This document shows, piece after piece, positions 1-10,662 of a DNA stretch of 64,000 nt. Numbering within the stretch: the stretch's first letter is position 1; every line of letters starts with the position of its first letter. This DNA is from Burkholderiaceae bacterium (GTDB lineage: Bacteria > Pseudomonadota > Gammaproteobacteria > Burkholderiales > Burkholderiaceae_E): NCBI GenBank assembly GCA_041396665.1, contig JAWKYE010000014.1, positions 102,189 to 166,188 of the forward strand, given 5' to 3'. Below the pieces are notes generated by a model, which was not told where the DNA came from, made no database searches, and saw nothing but the letters and a program-made list of their open reading frames with translations. The position numbers were made by a program, and so were the translations under genes.

Positions 1-590
1 TGCCGGGCCTGCTGGCGGCCTGCCAGGCCAGCCACCCGGCGGTGTCGGTCCAGCTGGTGGTCGCCAACAGCGAGGACCTGATGCGCCAGCTGCGCGAGTT
101 CCATCTGGACTGCGCGTTCGTCGAGGGCGACGTGTCCGACTCTTCGCTGGACCGCGAGGCCTGGCTGCAGGACCGGCTGTGCGTGGTGGCGCGCAGCGGC
201 CATCCGATCTTTCGCAGCCGCCGCGGCCAGACCGAACAGCGCCTTGCCGACTACGGCTGGACATTGCGCGAGCGCGGCTCGGGCACCCGCGAGATCTTCC
301 TGCGGGCAATCCACCCGATCATCGGCGCCCCACGGATCGCGATCGAACTGAACGAACCCGAGACCCAGAAGCGGCTGGTGCGCCAGACCGACCTGCTCAG
401 CTGCATCAGCCACCGGGCGATCGGCCAGCCAGGTATTGCGGATGGCCTGCGCGAGGTCACCGACCTGAGCGCCGGCCTGCGCGCGGCACTGACCCGGCGC
501 TTCTGGATCGTGCGCCACCCGCAGCGCTTCCAGTCGGAGGCGCTGCGGGCGGTGGTCGACGAGGCGCACCGGATGAATTCGCCTTCGTGA
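1..590 (+). CDS. LysR-family transcriptional regulator, C-terminal effector-binding domain (5' end lies outside the window)
   Basis: The ORF reads from the window edge and contains an LTTR substrate-binding-domain-like sequence (…LCVVARSGHPIF…WTLRERGSGTREIF…). No N-terminal HTH is visible, so the gene is truncated by the window. Confidence 0.7.
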   Translation, partial: PGLLAACQASHPAVSVQLVVANSEDLMRQLREFHLDCAFVEGDVSDSSLDREAWLQDRLCVVARSGHPIFRSRRGQTEQRLADYGWTLRERGSGTREIFLRAIHPIIGAPRIAIELNEPETQKRLVRQTDLLSCISHRAIGQPGIADGLREVTDLSAGLRAALTRRFWIVRHPQRFQSEALRAVVDEAHRMNSPS

Positions 591-807
591 GGGACCGGGC
601 TTGGCCAGTACGCGCAGCGGATCGATTCGCCATCACCGCTGAACAGGCAATCCGGACGCTGAATAGTCGTTGTCAGTCGACAGACGAAGGACTAGAGTAG
701 TCTGGCTCGATTCGCAGTTTTTTCTGGAGCACGCCGTCCGGTTCCTTGTTGATCCAGTCAGCCGGCTTTGCCGCGACTAATCGCAGTTCAACTAAAGGGA
801 AGTGAAC

Positions 808-1223
808 ATGAAAACGAATTCAGGCGGATGTTTGTGCGGCAAAACGAGGTATTCATTCTCCGGCGATCCCGTCATGGTGGCGGCCTGTCACTGCGTTCAC
901 TGCCGAAAGCAAAGTGGCCGGCGTTCTCGATGAACCTGGCGGTCCCCGCTGAAACCGTCACCTTCGAAGGGGACGCACCAAAGGTCTACGAGGACACCGG
1001 CGCCAGCGGCTTGAAGGTGCTGCGCAAATTCTGTGCGAACTGCGGCTCGCCCCTGGTGTCCGACGTCAAGGCCTTTTCAGGATTGCTGTTCATCAAGGCC
1101 GGCACGCTGGACGACCCCGGTTGGGTCAGGCCCGGTGCAGAAATCTGGTGTGACTCGAAGCTGGGCTGGGCCACCTTGGGCAGTGAATTGCCCAAAATGC
1201 CGGGAAACCCGCCGGCCGGCTAA
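808..1223 (+). pseudogene. GFA family (CENP-V / glutathione-dependent formaldehyde-activating) protein with a single frameshift
   Basis: ATG at 808 with a GGGAAG ribosome-binding site. The N-terminus MKTNSGGCLCGKTRYSFSGDPVMVAACHCVHCRKQSG carries the GFA Cys motifs and stops at 931-933. The C-terminal half (AFSMNLAVP…FCANCGSPL…AGTLDDPGW) continues in the 768..1223 frame. GGC-CGG-CGT-TCT-CGA-TGA at 915-933 is 1 nt short of the expected G-x-A-F-S-M reading. Confidence 0.7.
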
Positions 1224-1297
1224 GATGTGTGATCGCTTGTCCAGGGGGCTGGTCTCAGTCGCCTGGCTTTGGTCATCCATCAACCGTGAGTCATGGA

Positions 1298-2144
1298 ATG
1301 TCAATCGAGGTCACCCCTATCCCCGACAGTTTCGCCGCGATGGTTTCCGGCATCGAGATCTCCGGTAACGCCGCGCCCGAAGACGTCGCCCGTACCCGCC
1401 AGGCGCTGCTCGATCACGGCGTGATCGTGATCCGTGGTCAGCAGTTCGATGACCACCAGCACGTTGCCTTCAGCCGGCTGTTCGGCGAGATCGAGTTGCA
1501 CACGCAAAGGCCTGGCTGCTGCCAGACCTGCCCGAGATCCTCGCGCTGAACAGCCGGGGCGAGCGAGCACCAAGCCGATCATGAACGGCGGCGCCTACTG
1601 GCACAGCGATGTCAGCTACAAGGCCCGCCCGCCGATCGGCTCGCTGCTGCACGGCATCGAAGTGCCCCCCGAGGGCGGCGACACGCTCTACGCAGACATG
1701 TGCGGCGCCTACGAGGCGCTGAGCGATGAGATGAAGGCCCGCCTGGCCGGTCTGCGCGCAACGCACAGCTACGTGCAGCGATACGAGGCAATGTCTGCCG
1801 ACGATCCGGAGCGCCCCCAGCTGACCGCGCAGCAGTTGGCCGAGGTGCCGGCGGTCAGCCACCCGGTGGTGCGAACCAATCCCGAGAGCGGCCGCAAGGC
1901 GCTGTACATCAACGAAGGTTTCACCGTCGCCATCGAAGGGCTGCCGCAGCACGAGGGCCGCGCGCTGCTCGATGAGTTGTTCACTCACAGTACCGACGAG
2001 CGCTTTCGTTATCGCCATCGCTGGCAGGCTGGCGATCTGGTGATCTGGGACAACCGCACCACGATGCACTGCGCGACCGCCTACGACCGGCGCCACGCCC
2101 GCAACCTGCACCGCACGACCATCGTCGGCGACGTGCCGGTTTAA
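1298..2144 (+). pseudogene. TauD/TfdA-family alpha-ketoglutarate-dependent dioxygenase with two frameshifts
   Basis: MSIEVTPIPDSFAAMVSGIEISG…FGEIELH is in frame 2. LPDLPEILALNSRGERA is in frame 1 at 1519-1575. KPIMNGGAYWHSDVSY…DNRTTMHCA…TIVGDVPV is in frame 0 and runs to the stop at 2144. The reading frame therefore changes twice within about 70 nt. Confidence 0.75.
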
Positions 2145-2404
2145 GGGATACGCTCGGGCAGGTCCTGCCCGGCGATCGCCAGACTGCGGGCCAGCAGATC
2201 GAGGTCGCCCGCCTGGTGGGCCAGGACCAGGCCCAGCTTGGCCAGGAACAAGGCCTCGTTTCCCGGGCCGGCGCGATCGATCGCCCCGGCGATCATCTCG
2301 TAGGCCGCTTCCAGTTTGGCCGGCCCGAGACCGCCGGCCGAACTGGCCGCGCTCGTTGCGGCGTTGTCGCTCGATTCAGGCCTGCTGGCGTCTTGTTCGT
2401 TCAT
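2141..2404 (-). CDS. DUF2783-like small protein
   Basis: 87 aa (MNEQDASRPE…LEAAYEMIAGAIDRAGPGNEALFLAKLGLVLAHQAGDLDLLARSLAIAG). Its ATG overlaps the stop of the upstream monooxygenase (ATGA), suggesting translational coupling. Confidence 0.55.
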   Translation of the reverse strand: MNEQDASRPESSDNAATSAASSAGGLGPAKLEAAYEMIAGAIDRAGPGNEALFLAKLGLVLAHQAGDLDLLARSLAIAGQDLPERIP

Positions 2405-4029
2405 TCGGCGTCCTTTCCCAGTGCGCTGCGCAGCACCTGCTGCCAGGGTGCCGACGCTTCGTTTCGCCAACGGCCGGCGACGTGCAGGTCGGGCCGCAAC
2501 AGCATCAGCGCGCCCTCGCCCAGACCCAGGCGCGACAACAACTCGCCCTCGACATCGACGAGCCGTCGGCAGCTGTCGGTCACTTCGCCCGGATCGACGA
2601 CATCGACCGCCCCGGGCGCATGAACATGCAAGACCCGGAACGCGGCGTCGATCGCGCGACCCTGCGACAGTAAGCGCGCGAGCCGCGGACCATCGCCCGG
2701 CCGGGCCCCGAGCACGGCCGTGAAGCCGCTGCCCGCGTGATCGAGCAGAAACGATCCCGCCTGGACCCGTGCGTTCAGGCACGCGGCACCGACCGGCGAA
2801 CCCACCGCTGCCGGCCACCCGTCGTCGCCGGCCTGCGGGCTGGCCAACGGCGAGTCGGCATAGGTGTAAGGGGTCATCTGGCGGGGATTGGCCAGTTCGC
2901 GCGCAAACCCGTGCGACACCGACAGCGACAATACCGCGTCGCGCATCAACTCGTGGCCACGGGTCGGCGGCGTCATGAAGCGGGCGCTGCGGCTGGCATT
3001 GGCAAAGACGTCCAGCGTCGCCCCGCGCCGCTCGACACTGTAGCTGTCGAGCAGACTGTCGGGCGAGGTGCCATCGAGCACCCGGGCCAGCTTCCAGCCG
3101 ATGTTCTGCGCATCGGCCAGCCCGTTGTTGAGCCCGCGCACGCCGAAGATCGGCACGATGTGCGCGGCATCGCCGATGAAGAACACCCGTCCGTGCCGGT
3201 AGTCATCCAGGCACAGCGTATTCGCGGTATAGATGCTCCACCACTCCAGCGCCCAGTCATCACGGTGGCCGATCTCGGCCAGGATCGCGCCGACCCGCGT
3301 GCGGATCGCCGCTTCCTGAACCGCCGCCTCGGGATCCTCGCCCGGCTGCAACTGGTAGTCGATCCGCCACAGGTCGTCGGGCTGGCGGTGGATCAACACC
3401 GTCGCGCCGGGATTGGAGTCCGGGTGAAACAGCGCCCGCCGCTCGGTCGGGTAATCGTGGCGCATCTGCACGTCGGCGATCACGTACCGCCCCTCGTGGT
3501 TCTCGCCCTGCAGCCGCAGCCCCAGTCGCTGGCGCACGGCACTGCGCGCACCATCGGCGGCCAACAGGTAGCGGGCCGGCTGCCGGTAGCTGCCGTGCTC
3601 GCTGCGCAGGCTGGCCGTGACCTGTCCGTCGCCCTGCGCCAGGTCCAGCAACTCGGTGCCCCAGCGCGCATCGATCAGGGCACTGGACGACACCGCATCC
3701 CACAGGTATTGCTCGATGTACTGCTGTTGCAGGTTGTACATCGGCAGGTAACGCTCGGCCGGCGCGTGCGGCATGTCAAAGCAGAGTATCTCGCGGCCCC
3801 GGTAGAAGCTGCGGCCCCGGGTCCAGCCCAGTGCCTTGGCGAGGAACGGGGCAACCGCGCCGACCTGGTCGAGCATCTGCATGCTCTGGCGGGCGATGCA
3901 GATCGCCCGGCTGCCGTCGTTGAACGTGGTCTTGCGCTCGATCAGCACGCTGCGCGTGCCGTGCCGGGCCAGTTCCAGCGCGGCCATCATGCCGATCGGT
4001 CCGGCGCCGACGATGAGCACCGGTGCCAT
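2401..4029 (-). CDS. FAD-dependent aromatic-ring monooxygenase (MhpA/PheA-like hydroxylase)
   Basis: MAPVLIVGAGPIGMMAALELARHG Rossmann/FAD motif. GDAAH and DG..S signatures. A long C-terminal domain ending LLRPDLHVAGRW. One continuous frame of 543 aa from the ATG at 4027-4029. Confidence 0.85.
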   Translation of the reverse strand: MAPVLIVGAGPIGMMAALELARHGTRSVLIERKTTFNDGSRAICIARQSMQMLDQVGAVAPFLAKALGWTRGRSFYRGREILCFDMPHAPAERYLPMYNLQQQYIEQYLWDAVSSSALIDARWGTELLDLAQGDGQVTASLRSEHGSYRQPARYLLAADGARSAVRQRLGLRLQGENHEGRYVIADVQMRHDYPTERRALFHPDSNPGATVLIHRQPDDLWRIDYQLQPGEDPEAAVQEAAIRTRVGAILAEIGHRDDWALEWWSIYTANTLCLDDYRHGRVFFIGDAAHIVPIFGVRGLNNGLADAQNIGWKLARVLDGTSPDSLLDSYSVERRGATLDVFANASRSARFMTPPTRGHELMRDAVLSLSVSHGFARELANPRQMTPYTYADSPLASPQAGDDGWPAAVGSPVGAACLNARVQAGSFLLDHAGSGFTAVLGARPGDGPRLARLLSQGRAIDAAFRVLHVHAPGAVDVVDPGEVTDSCRRLVDVEGELLSRLGLGEGALMLLRPDLHVAGRWRNEASAPWQQVLRSALGKDAE

Positions 4030-4121
4030 CGTCGGCCCGTGATCGCCAGTCGGCACCGGCGCCGCCTCGAATACCGGATAGTCGAAGTACAGCGACTCGA
4101 GCGGCCCGCGGCCGGCGGGCC

Positions 4122-7100
4122 TCATGCCGATGACCTCTGCTCTGCCGGGCGGGTTGCACCGCTCCCGCCGTCGGTCTGCGACGCCGATATCGCCGCCCTG
4201 ACCTGCCGCTCCGACGCCTCCTTGACCGGGCCGAACCCCCTGATCTGGTCGATCGATTCGGCCTGCGCGAGCCGCCGCGCGTGATTGGCCGCGTCCAGCC
4301 CGGTGCACCAGCGCCGCACCAGTTGTTCATGCCAGTCGATCAACGCGCGCTCGCGCCGTCGCTCCTGTTGCCAGCCAAACGGATCCAGGCGCGTGCCGCG
4401 CAAGCGGCGGCCATGTGCAAGCCCCTTGAGCACCGGCCGGATCCATCCGCCGAACCGTCGCTTGCCCGGTCGCCCGCGCGAATCGGTACCGGCGCTGAGC
4501 ATCGGCGGTGCGAAGTGATGGGTGAGCACGTAGCCGGGTTCGTACTGCGCATCGAGGCCGGCAACGAAGGCCGGATCGTGCTGCAGGCGCGCCACCTCAT
4601 ATTCATCCTTGTAACTCATCAACCGAAAGTGCGCCTGTGCGACTGCGCGGGTCAGCTCGTCGCGCCCGAGCCCCGACTCGGCCTGTCGGACCTGGCCGAC
4701 CACGGCCCGGTATCGGTCGGCCCAGGCGGCATCCTGGTAGCCCTCCAGGAAACGCGCGCGCGTCTCGATGAAGTCCTCCAGCCCGGGCGCAGCGTCGGCA
4801 TCGCCGTCGTCATCGCCGCCAGGCTTCGCGATCCGCTCCGGGGCGGCGCGGGCGATCCGGCCCAAGGCGAACGCCTGCCGGTTGGCCGCCACCGCGGTGC
4901 CGTTCAGATCGATCGCCGCGAGCAGCGCCGCCTCGGACACCGGCACCGCACCGTCCTGCCAGGCATAGCCCAGCATCATCACGTTGGCGAATACCGCGTC
5001 CCCCAGCAAGCGCTCGGCGAGCGCATTGGCATCGAGTGAGCGCACGTTGGAGCGGCCCACCCGGTCGGCGATCGCCTGCACCCGCAGGTCGATCGCCAGC
5101 GTGGCGTCGCGCTGGCGCACGATGTCGCCGGTGGGCATCTGCGCCAGGTTGACCACCGCGCGCGTGCCCTCGCGCAGGCAGGCGGCCGCCTTGGGCGACG
5201 CGCTGACCACCGCATCGCAACCGATCAACGCATCGGCCCGACCGCGCTCGATGCGCACCTGGTGCAGCGCCTGCGGCGCGCCCGCCACGCGCAAGAAGCT
5301 GATCACCGGACCGAACTTCTGGGCAAAACCGGTGAAATCGAGCACGCTGACCCCCTTGCCCTCGAGGTGCGCGGCCATTGCCACCACGGCCCCGACGGTG
5401 ATCACCCCGGTGCCGCCGACCCCGGTGACCAGCAAGTCGAACGGATCGTCCAGCGCGGGCAGTGTCGGCGACGGCAACCCGCGCACCAGCGCCGCCGGAT
5501 CGGTGCCGACCGCGCCCTGACGGGCGCGCCGCGTCCCCTCGATCGTGACGAAACTGGGGCAGAAGCCCTCGAGGCAGCTCAGGTCCTGGTTGCAGGTCGA
5601 TTGGTTGATCCGGCGTTTGCGCCCCAGCGGGGTCTGCAGCGGCTCGACGCTCAGGCAGTTCGACGCCACCGAACAGTCGCCGCAGCCCTCGCAGACCAGC
5701 GGGTTGATGACCACCGTCTCGGCGGCCATCGGCAGTTGCCCGCGCTTGCGCCGGCGCCGCTTCTCGGTCGCGCAGGCCTGCTCGTAGATCAGCACGCTGA
5801 CCCCGGCGATCTCGCGCAACTCGCGCTGCACGGTATCGAGTTCGCGCCGATGGTGCAGGCTGACGCTGGCGGGGAAGTCGGCCAGGTCGAACTTGTCCGG
5901 GTCGTCGGACACCAGCGCGATCCGTTGTACGCCCTCGGCACGCACCGAGTGCGCGATCGCCTGTACGCTGATCGGGCCGTCGACCGGCTGGCCGCCGGTC
6001 ATCGCGACAGCGTCGTTGAACAGGATCTTGTAGGTGATGTTGGCGCCCGCCGCCAGGCTCTGGCGGATCGCCATCGAGCCCGAGTGGTAGTAGGTGCCCT
6101 CGCCCAGGTTCTGAAAGATGTGCCGGCGCCCGGTAAAGCGCGACGATGCCGCCCAGTTGACCCCTTCGCCGCCCATCTGGATCAGCGACGTGGTCTCGCG
6201 GTCCATCCAGCTGGCCATGAAGTGGCAACCGATGCCGGCCAGCGCCTGCGAGCCCTCGGGCACCCGGGTCGACGTGTTGTGCGGACAACCCGAGCAAAAG
6301 TAAGGGGTGCGGGTGGCGCCGGCGATAGCAATCACCGCCCGCGCGCCCGGCCGGGCCAGTGCCGCGGCCCGGCCGCGAAAGTCGTGTCCGGGAAACAGCG
6401 GATCGAGCCGGGCGGCGACGATCGCCGCCAACTGGATCGGCGACAATTCGCCTATCCAGGGCACCAGCGTGTGGCCGTTCTCGTCCTGCTTGCCCACCAT
6501 GCGTTGCGGCTTGTCGCCGGGCCAGTCGTAGAAGTACTCCTTGAACTGACTCTCGATGATGCCGCGCTTTTCCTCGACCACCAGGATCTCGCGCTTGCCG
6601 CGCACGAAGGCCAGCGCATCGCGCGGCGCCAGCGGCCACACCATGCCGACCTTGTACAGGTCTATCCCCAGACGCCGGCACTCGGCCTCGGTCAGTCCGA
6701 GCAGGCGCAGCGCCTCGAGCAGATCGCCGTGGGCCTTGCCGGTGGTGACGATGCCGTAGCTGGCATCGTCCAACCCGTAGATCCGTCTGTCGATCGGATT
6801 GGCCTCGGCAAACGCGAACACCGCCCGCTTCTTGGCCTCGAGGCGCGCCTCGATCTGCGGCCCGGCAGGTCGGGCCAGCGGTAGTGCAACCCATCGGCAG
6901 GCGCATCGAATACCGGCCTGGCAAACACGCGGTCGGGCCCGACCTGGACCGAGGCGCCCGACTCCACCGTCTCGGAGATCGCCTTGAAGCCGACCCACAT
7001 GCCCGAGAAGCGGCTCAACGCATAGCCGTACTCGCCAAAGGCCAGGTACTCGGCCACACTGGCCGGATTCAGCGTCGGCATGAACCAGGCCATGAAGGCC

Positions 7101-7655
7101 ACATCGCTCTGGTGCGGCATCGACGAGGACACGCAGCCGTGGTCGTCGCCGGCCACGACCAGCACGCCGCCGGTAGGCGAACTGCCGTAGGCATTGCCGT
7201 GCTTGAGCGCATCGCCGGCGCGATCGACCCCGGGCCCCTTGCCATACCAGAGCGCGAACACACCCTGCACCCGCGGTGCGGATCGGTCTCGACCTGCTGG
7301 CTGCCCAGCACCGCGGTCGCCGCCAGGTCTTCGTTGACCGCGGGAGGAATTCGATCCGGTGCGACTCGAGCAGATCGCCGACCTGCCAAGCGCCTGGTCG
7401 ACCCGCCCAGCGGCGAGCCCGGTAGCCGGACACGAAGCCGGCGGTGTCGAGGCCGGCGCGCTTGTCCCGCCTGGCCTGATCGAGCAGCACCCGCACCAGC
7501 GCCTGGGTGCCGGTCAGAAAGACGCGGCCGCTGCCTTCGCGGTAGCGATGCTCGAGCCGGTAGTCGGCAAGCGTCGGTGGCTCGGTGGGCGGCGTCGCGG
7601 TCGCACCCGCTTCATTCTCCCGGCCCATGGCCCGGACCAGATCATCACTGCCCAT
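4122..7655 (-). pseudogene. Indolepyruvate/2-oxoacid:ferredoxin oxidoreductase family protein (IOR-like, about 1150 aa), multiply frameshifted in the N-terminal third
   Basis: The N-terminus (…RVFLTGTQALVRVLLDQARRDKRAGLDTAGFVSGYR) and the region from about residue 270 onward (EAKKRAVFAFAEANPIDRR… CxxCGxC… HFMASWMDR, Fe-S/TPP regions) sit in the main frame. Residues about 75-270 are Arg-rich garbage in that frame. The real sequence (PAVNEDLAATAVLGSQQV…; VFALWYGKGPGVDRAGDALKHGNAYGSSPTGGVLVVAGDDHGCVSSSMPHQSDVAFMAWFMP…) lies in the ORFs 7069..7389 and 6692..7270 in the other two frames, so there are at least four frame changes between about 6900 and 7400. Confidence 0.8.
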
Positions 7656-7911
7656 CGTCGCGCTCCCGACAGTCGCCGGGCCGATCGGCCCGGCACCCGT
7701 TGTTGGTCTCCATGGGTGGCAGTCTAGGCGCCCCGCCAGAAACCGCCAGTTTTTCTTGTTCGGGAATCATGGGCATGTCAGTTCTTCCTTCCCAACGGCG
7801 CGCGCGGATCCGCCACGGCCTCCCCGAACCGGCAGAGGCCGCAGCCCACTGGTGCAATAATCCACTGCAGCCGGCCCACCAGCGGACCGCGCCCCACGAC
7901 AACAGGAGCCA

Positions 7912-9561
7912 ATGATGAGCGACACCGTGATCTACCACGCCAAGAAGATCATCACGATGAACCCGAATCGGCCGCTGGTGAGCCACGTGGCGGTTCGCGA
8001 TCGTCGCATCCTCGCGGCCGGCTCGCTCGACGAGATCCGCCAGTGGGGGGATTTTCCGGTAGACGAGCGCTTTGCTGACAAGGTTCTGATGCCGGGCCTG
8101 GTCGAAGGCCACAGCCACATCATGGAAGGCGCGTTGTGGGCGTTCGTCTACGTCGGCTTTCATGACCGGATGGATCCCAACGGCAAGGTGTGGCCCGGTG
8201 CCAGGGACCTCGAGGCGGTGATTCAGCGACTGGTCGAACAAGAGGCGAAGTTGTCCGACCCGAAGACGCCGCTGGTGGCCTGGGGGTTCGATCCGATCTA
8301 CTTCAAGTCGCGCCGCTGCGTGCGCACCGACCTGGACCGCGTGTCCAGGCAGCGCATCATCGCGATGATGCATGCCAGCGGACACATCATCAACACCAAC
8401 AGCGCCGGTCTCGAGGTGGTCGACTGGCTGCGCCAGGGTGTCGAGCATCCGGGCATCCCGTTGGGCGACGACGGTATCCCCACCGGCGAACTCAAAGGGC
8501 CCGAGGCGATGCAGCCGGTGATGGGCAAAACGCCACTGGACCGGGGCTTCCTCGGCGCCAACCACGACGGCCTGGTGATGTTCTCGCGGCTGTGCGTGCG
8601 ACGTGGCGTCACCACGGCCACCGACCTGGCCAGCCCGCTCACCGACGACGTGCTGGCGACGATGCGCCAGACGATAGGCGCCGACGGCTACCCGATCCGC
8701 CTGGTGCCGCTGCTGCGCCTGCTGGCGGATCCGGTGGCCAAGACCATCGAGCGTGCCCGCTGGCTGGCCACGCAGTCGACCGACAAGCTGCGCCTGGGCC
8801 GGGTCAAGCTGGTCATCGATGGCTCGATCCAGGGCTTCTCGGCGCGCATCCGCTGGCCCGGCTACTTCAACGGCGCCCCCAACGGGCTCTGGTACACCGC
8901 ACCCGACGCACTGCGCGAGGTTCTGTCACTGGGGCTGCGCCACGGCGTGCACATCCACATGCACACCAATGGCGACGAAGCGACCGAACTGGTACTGGAC
9001 ACGATGACCGACCTGTCGCGCGATCACAGCTGGGCCGATCACCGCTTCACGTTCCAGCACTGCCAGCTGGCCGACGAGGCGCAGTTCCGCCGGATGAAGG
9101 CGCTGGGCATGGGGGTGAACCTGTTCGCCAACCATGCGTTCTACTGGGGCGACGAGCACTACACGCAAACCGTCGGGCCCGAGCGCGCCGAGCGCATGAA
9201 CGCCTGCGCCACCGCGTTGCGCGTCGGCGTGCCGCTGGCCATCCATTCCGATGCGCCGGTCACGCCGCTGGGCCCGCTGTTCACCGCCTGGTGCGCGGTC
9301 AACCGCCAGACCTCGAGCGGGCGCACGCTGGGCGAGGCACAGAAGATCCCGGTGGCCGACGCACTGCGCGCGATCACGCTCGGCGCCGCCTACTCGCTCA
9401 AGCTCGACTCCGAAATCGGCTCGATCGAGGCCGGCAAGCAGGCCGACTTCGCGGTGCTCGGGCAGGACCCGACCGAGGTGGCACCCGAGGCGCTGCGCGA
9501 CATCCCGATCTGGGGCACGGTACTGGGCGGCGAGGTCAACGAGGCCGGCAAGGGCTCGTGA
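7912..9561 (+). CDS. Amidohydrolase-family metal-dependent hydrolase (YtcJ-like, amidohydrolase 3)
   Basis: 549 aa, intact. PGLVEGHSHIMEGA and HMHTNGDEA…HSDAPV metal-ligand motifs. AGGAGCC ribosome-binding site before the ATG at 7912. Confidence 0.85.
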   Translation: MMSDTVIYHAKKIITMNPNRPLVSHVAVRDRRILAAGSLDEIRQWGDFPVDERFADKVLMPGLVEGHSHIMEGALWAFVYVGFHDRMDPNGKVWPGARDLEAVIQRLVEQEAKLSDPKTPLVAWGFDPIYFKSRRCVRTDLDRVSRQRIIAMMHASGHIINTNSAGLEVVDWLRQGVEHPGIPLGDDGIPTGELKGPEAMQPVMGKTPLDRGFLGANHDGLVMFSRLCVRRGVTTATDLASPLTDDVLATMRQTIGADGYPIRLVPLLRLLADPVAKTIERARWLATQSTDKLRLGRVKLVIDGSIQGFSARIRWPGYFNGAPNGLWYTAPDALREVLSLGLRHGVHIHMHTNGDEATELVLDTMTDLSRDHSWADHRFTFQHCQLADEAQFRRMKALGMGVNLFANHAFYWGDEHYTQTVGPERAERMNACATALRVGVPLAIHSDAPVTPLGPLFTAWCAVNRQTSSGRTLGEAQKIPVADALRAITLGAAYSLKLDSEIGSIEAGKQADFAVLGQDPTEVAPEALRDIPIWGTVLGGEVNEAGKGS

Positions 9562-10595
9562 GCAGCACGGGCAGATTACCGGTCACCGTGATCGGCGGCT
9601 ACCTGGGTGCCGGCAAGACCACATTGGTCAACGGCCTGCTGCGCCAGGCCGACGGCCGCCGGCTGGCGGTGCTGGTCAACGATTTCGGCGAGCTGTCCAT
9701 CGATGCCGACCTGATCCGCTCGGGCAGTGACACGGTGTTGCAGCTGGCCGGCGGTTGCGTCTGCTGCTCGATCGGCAGCGACCTGATCGGCGCACTCACG
9801 TCGGTACGCGAGGTGATAGCCGATCCCGATCACGTGATCGTCGAGGCCAGCGGGGTCGCACTGCCGGCCACCGTGGCCGCCACCGTGACGCTGGCCCCGG
9901 GCATGCGTCGCAACGGCGTGGTCGTGATGCTCGATGCGTCCCGGCTCGACAGCCTGCTCAACGATCGCTACCTGGCCGATACCGTGCAACGACAGATCGC
10001 TTCGGCCGATCTGCTGCTGCAAAGCCATGCGGATGAACTGGACCCGACCGGCACCGAGGCGTTACAGGCCCAGGTGCGGGCGTTGAACGAGCGCGCACCG
10101 TTGCTGGACAGCGCGCGCGGCACCGTGCCGATCGATCTCGTGCTCGAACCACGGCTGCCCGGCGCCGCCGGCTGGCTGAACCCGGGCGATGGCACCCGCA
10201 CGCTGCGGGCGCAAGACACTGCACCCTCGGGCGAGAACGGACAACCGCTTCAGCAACACCTTGTCGATACCGCGGGCCGGGCCACGCACGCGCGGTTCGA
10301 ATCGCGCGGTTTCGCGGCCGGCGCACCGATCGATCCGCAGCCTTTGCAGCAGGTGCTGGCCGACCGAACGCTGGGCATCGAACGGGCCAAGGGCATCTTT
10401 CGTCGGCCCGACGGGCAGATCGTCGTCGTGCACGCGGTGGCCGGCCGTGTCGATCTGGAGATCATGCCGAGCGACGCCACACCGGCCGGCCTCGAGCGCC
10501 TGGTACTGATCGGCGTACACGATCGCTGGCAGCCTGCGGCGATCGCCGCCGCACTGGCCGCCCAGGGGTGGACAGCGTTGGCGCAGCCAGAATAA
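9558..10595 (+). CDS. COG0523 / CobW-family GTPase (putative metallochaperone)
   Basis: GTG start overlaps the amidohydrolase stop (GTGA). P-loop GGYLGAGKTTLVN, CVCCS (GCxCC) metal-binding motif, and a C-terminal CobW_C-like domain. Confidence 0.85.
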   Translation: MSSTGRLPVTVIGGYLGAGKTTLVNGLLRQADGRRLAVLVNDFGELSIDADLIRSGSDTVLQLAGGCVCCSIGSDLIGALTSVREVIADPDHVIVEASGVALPATVAATVTLAPGMRRNGVVVMLDASRLDSLLNDRYLADTVQRQIASADLLLQSHADELDPTGTEALQAQVRALNERAPLLDSARGTVPIDLVLEPRLPGAAGWLNPGDGTRTLRAQDTAPSGENGQPLQQHLVDTAGRATHARFESRGFAAGAPIDPQPLQQVLADRTLGIERAKGIFRRPDGQIVVVHAVAGRVDLEIMPSDATPAGLERLVLIGVHDRWQPAAIAAALAAQGWTALAQPE

Positions 10596-10662
10596 AGCGG
10601 TACCATCCCCGCACAAAGCCATACCAAGGGCTACAGATAACGATCCATTCCTGGAGGAAGCA

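Noticed and set aside
5262-6884. Long + strand ORFs antisense to real - strand genes (also 41690..43231, 45074..47482, 47178..49988, 37627..38697, 35410..36078).
   Set aside because: All are Arg/Ala/Gly/Pro-rich low-complexity translations with no recognisable motifs. They are mirror images of well-supported genes on the opposite strand and are GC-driven spurious ORFs.
8190-10595. An 801-aa + strand ORF spanning the amidohydrolase and CobW genes.
   Set aside because: Its first 450 codons are the out-of-frame reading of the amidohydrolase gene (Arg/Pro/Gly-rich, no motifs). Only the last 345 codons are real (CobW, from the GTG at 9558). Long stop-free alternative frames are expected at 70% GC.
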